Source: Clostridia bacterium (GTDB lineage Bacteria; Bacillota; Clostridia; Oscillospirales; CAG-272). Taken from it: 57,154 nt of DNA. The stretch covers positions 1-57,154 of the forward strand of contig JAFVOQ010000003.1 in NCBI GenBank assembly GCA_017505785.1. Reading direction: 5' to 3'. Below, piece by piece: positions 50,918-57,154 of the stretch (positions are counted from its first letter, which is position 1; the number at the start of each line of letters is the position of its first letter). Both the position numbers and the translations under genes were made by a program. Under the pieces are notes generated by a model. It was not told the DNA's origin. It worked only from the letters and a program-made list of their open reading frames with translations, and ran no database searches.

Positions 50918-51622
50918 ATGGAAATTCAGTATTTTGATCATCTCAATTCCACAAACGAAACGGCAAAGGCCGCCGCTATGGTGGGGGCCGCGCCCTTTTA
51001 TACTGTGGTTGCAAAGCACCAAAGCGCAGGAGTTGGCAGAATGGGGCGCAGCTTTGCCTCGCCCGAAGGCGGTACCTACTTCAGCACCGTGCTGCGCCCC
51101 AAGCTTGCGCGCCAAAAATTCGGCGCGATCACGCCGTTTTGCGCCGTTGCCGTACACCGTGCCATAACGGAGCTGACAGGCGTTTCACTTGATATCAAAT
51201 GGATCAACGATCTGCTTTTAAACGGCAAAAAGGTCTGCGGTATATTGGCAGTGGCAGGCGAGGATCAAAAGGGGGAGCCCTTTGTTGTGCTTGGGATCGG
51301 TATCAATACGGGGCGCGGCAATTTGCCTCCCGAGCTTGCAGATATTGCCACCTGCCTTCCTTATGATGATATTGAGGGATTGATTGGGCGCATCCTCTTT
51401 TGGCTGCAGAATTTTGAAAGCGAAATTATGGCAGGCTCGTGGGTGGAGTATTACCGTGCACATGCTTCTTGCCTTGGCAGTGCTGTAACTGTTATAAAAA
51501 ATGAGAGCAGCGCGTGTGCTACCGCGCTTGATATTGATGCTGAGGGTGGCTTGCTTGTGCTTTATGAAAACGGTACACGTGAGTTCTTACGCGGCGGTGA
51601 AATCTCTCTGCGCTTTCGCTAA
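50918..51622 (+). CDS. birA: Biotin-protein ligase without an HTH domain
   Basis: Motifs STNE, Q.AG.GRMGR.F.SP, KWINDL, KVCGIL, GIGIN. Confidence 0.9.
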   Translation: MEIQYFDHLNSTNETAKAAAMVGAAPFYTVVAKHQSAGVGRMGRSFASPEGGTYFSTVLRPKLARQKFGAITPFCAVAVHRAITELTGVSLDIKWINDLLLNGKKVCGILAVAGEDQKGEPFVVLGIGINTGRGNLPPELADIATCLPYDDIEGLIGRILFWLQNFESEIMAGSWVEYYRAHASCLGSAVTVIKNESSACATALDIDAEGGLLVLYENGTREFLRGGEISLRFR

Positions 51623-51640
51623 TCGCACAATAAGACAACA

Positions 51641-51724
51641 ACCGACATAATCTATCAGTAAGAGGGATTATGTCGGTCATCGTATGATAAAACCGATTTC
51701 GGATCGCCCGGAATCGGTTTTTTA
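51641..51724 (+). terminator. Two tandem hairpins; the second is a terminator
   Basis: ACCGACATAATC..GATTATGTCGGT (51641-51677) and AAAACCGATTTCGG..CCGGAATCGGTTTT plus T-run. Confidence 0.65.
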
Positions 51725-51780
51725 TATCTGAAAATCCGATCTCCGACTTTTCTCACATCATTGTAAATGGGGAAAACGTG

Positions 51781-52686
51781 ATGTCTTTATATAAAAAAAT
51801 AACGGTTTTGGGCGGTGACCAAAGGCAAGCGGCTGTGGCTGCGTATTTTGCCTTAAAGGATCTTTCGGTTGGCGCATGGGGCTTGCCGCAGACGATCCTC
51901 TCGCCCCAGGTCACACTTTTTGAGGATTGGAAAAAGGCGGTGGCAGATGCAGACTTGCTGGTGTTGCCGTTGCCGGCTTCTCCGGATAGCAAGCATTTAA
52001 ACCTACCCCTGATGCAAAAGGAAGGGGAAAGGCCTCCGTGCATTCTTGATATCGTGAAGCAAATGCCGACAGGGACACTTGTAGCGGGTGGGAGAATCTC
52101 ACCCGTGATAAAAGAAATGATGCATGAAGCAGGCGTGCCATTTTTTGATTATTTTGAAAGTGAAGCTTTGCAGCAAAAAAACGCCATTCCGACAGCCGAG
52201 GGGGCAATTGAGGTACTGATGCGCGAGGTGCCTCGTACCGTAAATGGACTTTTGGTTGCGGTAACGGGCTTTGGCCGCGTATCACGCGCTCTTGTGAAGC
52301 TGTTGCTAGCCATGGGGGCAAGAGTCACCGTGGCTGCAAGAAAGCGCGAGGATATTTTATGTGCGCGCGCGTGGGGGTGCGACACGGTGCAGATCGACGG
52401 CAAGGAAACGCTGTTCTCGCTGGGTAAAGGGTTTGCGGTTGTTTTTAATACCGTGCCGCATTGCCTGTTTGATGAAGCGGTCCTCTCAAGGTTCTCTTGT
52501 GAAACCTTGATCATTGATCTTGCGTCAGCCCCGGGCGGGGTAGATGCAAATGCTGCAGATATATTGGGGATACGCGTGGTATGGGCGCTCTCCTTACCAG
52601 GGAAATATGCACCGATCACGGCGGGAGAGATCATTGCACAAACGATCCTTGCGCATTTAGAGAACGAGAGAGGGGGAGAGTTATGA
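51781..52686 (+). CDS. spoVFA: Dipicolinate synthase subunit A
   Basis: Motifs LGGDQRQ, NAIPTAEGA, GFGR, FNTVP, IDLASAPGGVD, LSLPGK.AP.TAG. Confidence 0.92.
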   Translation: MSLYKKITVLGGDQRQAAVAAYFALKDLSVGAWGLPQTILSPQVTLFEDWKKAVADADLLVLPLPASPDSKHLNLPLMQKEGERPPCILDIVKQMPTGTLVAGGRISPVIKEMMHEAGVPFFDYFESEALQQKNAIPTAEGAIEVLMREVPRTVNGLLVAVTGFGRVSRALVKLLLAMGARVTVAARKREDILCARAWGCDTVQIDGKETLFSLGKGFAVVFNTVPHCLFDEAVLSRFSCETLIIDLASAPGGVDANAADILGIRVVWALSLPGKYAPITAGEIIAQTILAHLENERGGEL

Positions 52687-53243
52687 TCGGATTTGCGCTT
52701 TGCGGTTCCTTTTGCACGGTGCGCTCGGCACTTGTGGAAATGGAAAAGCTTACGGTGGCGCATGAGGTACAGGGAATTGTGAGCGAAACGGTTTACAGCA
52801 CCAACACGCGCTTTGCGCTTGCCACTGATGTGATAGATGAGATCAAACAGTTAACGGGCAAGGAGGTTATTCACAGTATTGTAGGGGCAGAGCCATTGGG
52901 ACCAAAATCACCGCTTGAGGCACTTGTGATTTGCCCTTGCACGGGAAATACACTTGCAAAAATGGCAAACGGCATTACCGATACCGCCGTTACAATGGCA
53001 GCCAAGGCTCACCTGCGCTCTGATCGCCCGCTTGTTATTGCACTGGCATCCAATGATGCACTGTCTGCAAATCTTAAAAATATAGGTCAGATGCTCACGC
53101 GTAAAAATGTATATTTCGTACCGATGAAGCAGGATGACCCCATGGAAAAGCCGCATTCCTTGGTGGCGGACTTTTCCTTGCTTGCTCCAACCTTACAGGC
53201 GGCCCTTGCAGGCAAGCAATACCAGAGATTGTTTGTAATATAA
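52683..53243 (+). CDS. spoVFB: Dipicolinate synthase subunit B
   Basis: Motifs GFALCGSFCT, AEPLGP, PCTGNTLAK, KAHLR, QDDP..KPHSL. Confidence 0.94.
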   Translation: MIGFALCGSFCTVRSALVEMEKLTVAHEVQGIVSETVYSTNTRFALATDVIDEIKQLTGKEVIHSIVGAEPLGPKSPLEALVICPCTGNTLAKMANGITDTAVTMAAKAHLRSDRPLVIALASNDALSANLKNIGQMLTRKNVYFVPMKQDDPMEKPHSLVADFSLLAPTLQAALAGKQYQRLFVI

Positions 53244-53332
53244 AAAATGCCGCGTAAGCGAAAGTGATATGCACCTCCAAAAGTTTAGACACTTTTGGAG
53301 GTGCATATCAAAGCTGCGCGGCGTTTTTTTTA
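53242..53332. terminator. Bidirectional terminator interrupted by a 46-bp insertion
   Basis: AAAAAATGCCGCGT..GCGCGGCGTTTTTTT flanks between convergent genes. Confidence 0.7.
53265..53310. mobile_element. Miniature IS3-family-like remnant (inverted repeats only)
   Basis: TG...CA ends, perfect 20-bp IRs TGATATGCACCTCCAAAAGT with a TTAGAC spacer, and an AAG direct repeat on both sides. Confidence 0.7.
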
Positions 53333-54010
53333 TTTATCTTTGGGTGAAATTTTCTTTTTGTAAAGCAAAACAGAGAACAGTAAAAACAAAACAAAACACA
53401 GGAAAAACACAACGATCGCGGTGATGCTTCTTGTGCCGACCGCGGCACCGCCAAGCACGGCGATGAAAATGCCGGGGAGCCTGCCAATACACGAGAGCAG
53501 CATAAAAACTCCGAATCGCATTTCGGTAAGCCCCATGAAATATGCCAGCATATCCTTGGGAATACCGGGGATGAGAAAGAAAATAAAAGTAAAAGCATTT
53601 TGCCTGTCACTTGCTTTCAAAAAGAACACTTTTTGCAGTTTTTCTTCGGAATAGAAGGATTTTACCACTTTTGCGCCGAAACGGCGTGAAATCCAAAATA
53701 CCACTGCAGAACCGATCGCGGCACCGAGCGAGGTGAGAAGCAACCCGCCCCAAATGCCGAATGAATAACCGCCCACTACCTCAAAGGGGTGCCCCGGAAT
53801 GGGTGCCAAAATGACCTGTGCTGCCATGAGCGCGGTAAAGATGCATTTGCCCCCAAAGCCATAACTCTCCATTTGCGTGCGGAAGGCATCGGGGTCTGAA
53901 ACCATGGCGGTAAGGCTATCCCAAAAAACCACGGTTGCAACAACCAATAAGATCACAAACAGCAAAAGACATAGCAGGGTTGCCACGCGGCCCTTGTGTT
54001 GCTTGGCCAT
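53330..54010 (-). CDS. TVP38/TMEM64 (DedA/VTT) family membrane protein
   Basis: Motifs QVILAPIPG, GYSFG.WGG, FLIPGIPKD, GRLPG. Confidence 0.88.
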   Translation of the reverse strand: MAKQHKGRVATLLCLLLFVILLVVATVVFWDSLTAMVSDPDAFRTQMESYGFGGKCIFTALMAAQVILAPIPGHPFEVVGGYSFGIWGGLLLTSLGAAIGSAVVFWISRRFGAKVVKSFYSEEKLQKVFFLKASDRQNAFTFIFFLIPGIPKDMLAYFMGLTEMRFGVFMLLSCIGRLPGIFIAVLGGAAVGTRSITAIVVFFLCFVLFLLFSVLLYKKKISPKDK

Positions 54011-54172
54011 AACCTTCACCTCCTTGTTTCAAGCATTGCTTTCATTTTAACACATTGCTTTGCAAAAAGCAAGATTTGTTTTTGTCATTAAAAATGTAAA
54101 AAAAACACTTTTCAAACGCGTAAAACCGTGTTATAATGATATTAATATCATTTCTTGCGAAAGGAAGCTACT

Positions 54173-55627
54173 ATGAAAAAAATTTCTCGCAATCTTACCA
54201 TGCTTTTTGACTATTATGAAATGACAATGGCAAACGGCTATTTTAAAAAGGGTATGGGGGATATGGTCGCCTACTTTGATGTGTTTTACCGCAGCAATCC
54301 CGATAACGGCGGCTATGCCATTGCGGCGGGGCTTGAGCAAGTGATCGAATACATCAACGATCTGCATTTTGATGAGGAGGATATTTCTTACTTAAAGTCT
54401 AAGGAGTGCTTTGATGAAGCGTTTCTTGATTATTTGCGCAATTTTCACTTTTCGGGCGATATTTGGGCTGTACCCGAAGGCACGGTTGTTTTCCCGGGTG
54501 AGCCTTTGATGACAGTGCGTGCTCCCACCATGGAGGCGCAGTTTATCGAAACCTACCTTTTGATGATGCTCAACCATGAGTCTATGATCGCTACAAAAGC
54601 AGCACGCATTACCCGTGCCGCCAAGGGCAGACCCGTGAGCGAATTTGGTTCTCGCCGTGCACAGGGGGCGGATGCCGCAATTCTCGGTGCGCGTGCGGCA
54701 TATATCGGCGGCGTTTCCGGTACGGCGTGCGCCATTGCAGATGAGGTTTACGGTGTACCCGCCTCGGGCACCATGGCACACTCCTGGGTACAGATGTTTG
54801 ACAGTGAATTGGAGGCGTTTCGTGCCTACTGTGAGCTCTATCCCAACAGTGCTACGCTTTTGGTTGACACATACAACGTTTTGGAATCGGGCGTACCCAA
54901 CGCGATCCGTGCTTTCCGCGAAGCGGGCATTACGAAATGTGCCGTGCGCATCGATTCGGGCGATATCACCTATCTTTCCTGCAAGATCCGCAAGATGCTT
55001 GATGAAGCAGGCCTTACCGACTGTAAGATCGTAGCCTCCAATTCGCTTGATGAGTACATTATCAGAGGGCTTTTGCTACAGGGCGCACAGGTCGATGCCT
55101 TTGGTGTTGGCGAGCGTCTGATCACCTCCAAGAGCAATCCCGTATTCGGCGGCGTTTACAAGCTTTGCGCAATTGAGGATAAGGAGGGAAATATCCTGCC
55201 CAAGATCAAGCTCAGCGAAAACGTTGGCAAGATCACCACCCCCCACTTTAAAAAGGTTTACCGTTTGTTCGACAGAGAAACGGGCAAGGCGGAGGCGGAT
55301 CTTATCTGTGTGTTTGATGAAACGGTAGACGATACAAAGCCGCTTGAGATCTTTGACCCGGAAAACACCTGGAAAACCAAGACACTGCAAAACTTTAAGG
55401 CCGAGGAGCTACTCGTGCCCGTATTTAAAAATGGCAAGCAGGTATATATCGCTCCCCCGCTGGATGAGATCCGTGCGCACTGCAAGACGTCGCTTGAGAG
55501 CATGTGGGAGGAGGTCAAGCGCTTTGATAACCCCCACAATTATTACGTTGATCTTTCGCGCAAGCTTTGGGATATCAAATACGGCATGATCAAGGCACAG
55601 CGCCACGGTGAAAAGACAGGCAAATAA
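54173..55627 (+). CDS. pncB: Nicotinate phosphoribosyltransferase
   Basis: Motifs DYYEMTM, EFGSRRAQ, GTMAHS, LVDTY, RIDSGD, GGVYKL. Confidence 0.96.
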   Translation: MKKISRNLTMLFDYYEMTMANGYFKKGMGDMVAYFDVFYRSNPDNGGYAIAAGLEQVIEYINDLHFDEEDISYLKSKECFDEAFLDYLRNFHFSGDIWAVPEGTVVFPGEPLMTVRAPTMEAQFIETYLLMMLNHESMIATKAARITRAAKGRPVSEFGSRRAQGADAAILGARAAYIGGVSGTACAIADEVYGVPASGTMAHSWVQMFDSELEAFRAYCELYPNSATLLVDTYNVLESGVPNAIRAFREAGITKCAVRIDSGDITYLSCKIRKMLDEAGLTDCKIVASNSLDEYIIRGLLLQGAQVDAFGVGERLITSKSNPVFGGVYKLCAIEDKEGNILPKIKLSENVGKITTPHFKKVYRLFDRETGKAEADLICVFDETVDDTKPLEIFDPENTWKTKTLQNFKAEELLVPVFKNGKQVYIAPPLDEIRAHCKTSLESMWEEVKRFDNPHNYYVDLSRKLWDIKYGMIKAQRHGEKTGK

Positions 55628-55663
55628 TCTCGCGAAATTTGCAACTTTTTTTGAGAATTTGTC

Positions 55664-55750
55664 TTGACAATAAAACGACAAATTGTTATAATAACAAAGA
55701 TAGCTAAATGCAATGTGTGTGCGCCGCGTACGCGCGACGCACACACGGTA
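55664..55750 (+). promoter_or_regulatory. Consensus sigma-A promoter and leader hairpin of pyrC
   Basis: TTGACA-17-TATAAT (55664-55692). Stem GTGTGTGCG/CGCACACAC (55715-55746). Confidence 0.75.
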
Positions 55751-55769
55751 AAGCGAAAGGAGAATTGTC

Positions 55770-56978
55770 GTGACAAAGCTGAAGAACCTCAATCTCGATT
55801 TTCTGAAAGCCGCCAATATTTCTCCCGCCGTCACTTGTCTTAGTGACGATATCGCCGCTTCTGTCGATTTTTCTAAATATGTTGCTTTTCCCGGTTTTTG
55901 TGATGTGCATGTGCATTTCAGAGAACCGGGTTTTTCATATAAAGAAACGATCAAAAGCGGTTCGCTGGCGGCAGCCAGAGGGGGATTTACTGCGGTTTGC
56001 ACCATGCCAAATCTTTCACCTGTGCCGGATAGCCTTGCGCATGTGACTGAGCAGCTTGATATCATTGGGCGCGATGCTGCCATTAAGGTGGTGCCCTATG
56101 GGTCTATCACTGTGGGTCAAAAGGGACAGGCCCTCTCGGATATGGAGGCCATGGCACCCTTTGTTGCGGGGTATTCTGACGATGGCGTTGACGTGCGCTC
56201 GGATAGCTTGATGCGTGCGGCTATGGAAAAGGCTAAATCCCTTGGCAAAATGATCGTTGCACACTGCGAGATCAAATACGAGGGCATAGGATATATTCAT
56301 GACGGTGTGTATGCAAGGGCGCATGGGCATCGCGGTATCACCTCGGAGAGTGAATATTTGCAGGTTGCGCGCGATATTGCGCTTGCCAAAGAAACGGGCT
56401 GCGCTTACCACGTGTGTCATATCTCCACCAAGGAGAGTGTAGCACTGATTCGTCAAGCCAAAAAAGAGGGCGTTGATATCACCTGTGAAACGGGTCCCCA
56501 TTATCTTGTGCTCGATGATAGCTGTTTGCAAGAGCACGGCAGATTTAAAATGAACCCACCCTTGCGCGATGCCAAGGATCGGGAAGCGTTGGTGGAAGGC
56601 CTGCTTGACGGCACGGTTGATATGATCGCCACCGACCACGCACCGCACGCATCAGAGGAAAAGGAAAAAGGGCTTGCGAGCAGTGCCTTTGGCGTTGTCG
56701 GTATCGAAACTGCTTTTCCCGTTATGTATACCAAGCTTGTAAAGGAAGGTATACTTTCCCTTGACCGCCTTGTTGAGCTGATGTGCCACAACCCGCGCCG
56801 TCGCTTCAACTTACCCGTCGGCAACGATTTCACGGTGTGGGATCTTGATGCCCTTGTCACCGTTGATCCTGAGGAGTTTCTTTCTAAGGGACATGCCACC
56901 CCCTTTGAGGGCTGGCAGCTCTACGGCAAGAATTTGTTGACCGTGCATGACGGCAAAATTGTATATCAAAGTAAATAA
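55770..56978 (+). CDS. pyrC: Dihydroorotase
   Basis: Motifs DVHVHFREPG, MPN, HVCHIST, KMNPPLR, ATDHAPH. GTG start follows AAGGAG. Confidence 0.94.
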   Translation: MTKLKNLNLDFLKAANISPAVTCLSDDIAASVDFSKYVAFPGFCDVHVHFREPGFSYKETIKSGSLAAARGGFTAVCTMPNLSPVPDSLAHVTEQLDIIGRDAAIKVVPYGSITVGQKGQALSDMEAMAPFVAGYSDDGVDVRSDSLMRAAMEKAKSLGKMIVAHCEIKYEGIGYIHDGVYARAHGHRGITSESEYLQVARDIALAKETGCAYHVCHISTKESVALIRQAKKEGVDITCETGPHYLVLDDSCLQEHGRFKMNPPLRDAKDREALVEGLLDGTVDMIATDHAPHASEEKEKGLASSAFGVVGIETAFPVMYTKLVKEGILSLDRLVELMCHNPRRRFNLPVGNDFTVWDLDALVTVDPEEFLSKGHATPFEGWQLYGKNLLTVHDGKIVYQSK

Positions 56979-57013
56979 TAAAATTTCGCATATAAAAACA
57001 GGAGGATGTAATT

Positions 57014-57154
57014 ATGGCAAAAAGAACGGACATTAAAAAGATTTTGATCATCGGCTCGGGACCCATTATTATCGGTCAGGCAGCAGAGTTTGATTATGCT
57101 GGCACGCAGGCGTGTCTTGCACTCAAGGAGGAGGGCTACGAGGTTGTGCTCGTC
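57014..57154 (+). CDS. carB: Carbamoyl-phosphate synthase large subunit (5' part, runs off the window)
   Basis: Manual translation: [55 protein letters not shown]. Confidence 0.95.
   Translation, partial: MAKRTDIKKILIIGSGPIIIGQAAEFDYAGTQACLALKEEGYEVVLV

Noticed and set aside
1-57154. tRNA, rRNA, prophage, toxin-antitoxin or retron-like systems
   Set aside because: No supporting sequence was seen, and almost all of the window is explained by recognisable genes.

Overview
A 57 kb chromosomal segment (about 50% GC) from a spore-forming Bacillota/Clostridia bacterium, probably Oscillospirales-like. This assignment is inferred from polC, a T-box, an ECF transporter, dacF and spoVFAB. Most of the window is housekeeping: rpe; a T-box-led pheS-pheT-DUF896-fhs-tsaE-tsaB-rpiB-ispD-ispF run; coaX-panT-galM; dacF; pgi; glmM; ruvAB and ruvC; ecfAA'T-truA; a ClpE-like ATPase; rpsB-tsf-pyrH-frr-uppS-cdsA-dxr-rseP-ispG-polC-birA; spoVFAB; pncB; pyrC; and the start of carB. 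I saw no rRNA, tRNA, CRISPR, prophage or recognisable defence system. The best candidate for an undescribed system is a ~7.3 kb catabolic islet (9.5-16.8 kb). On one strand it has a DeoR regulator coupled to an unusual propeller-like/membrane fusion protein. Divergently, across repeated operator-like motifs, it has an MlrC/M81 metallohydrolase followed by a three-subunit GlpA-like flavin/Fe-S oxidoreductase module with no glycerol kinase. Other notable non-coding signals are a structured leader between coaX and the pantothenate S-component, a 46-bp IS3-like inverted-repeat remnant with a 3-bp target duplication inside a terminator loop, and an IS200-like right end at the window start. Protein and RNA family calls come from motif recognition only; no database searches were run.
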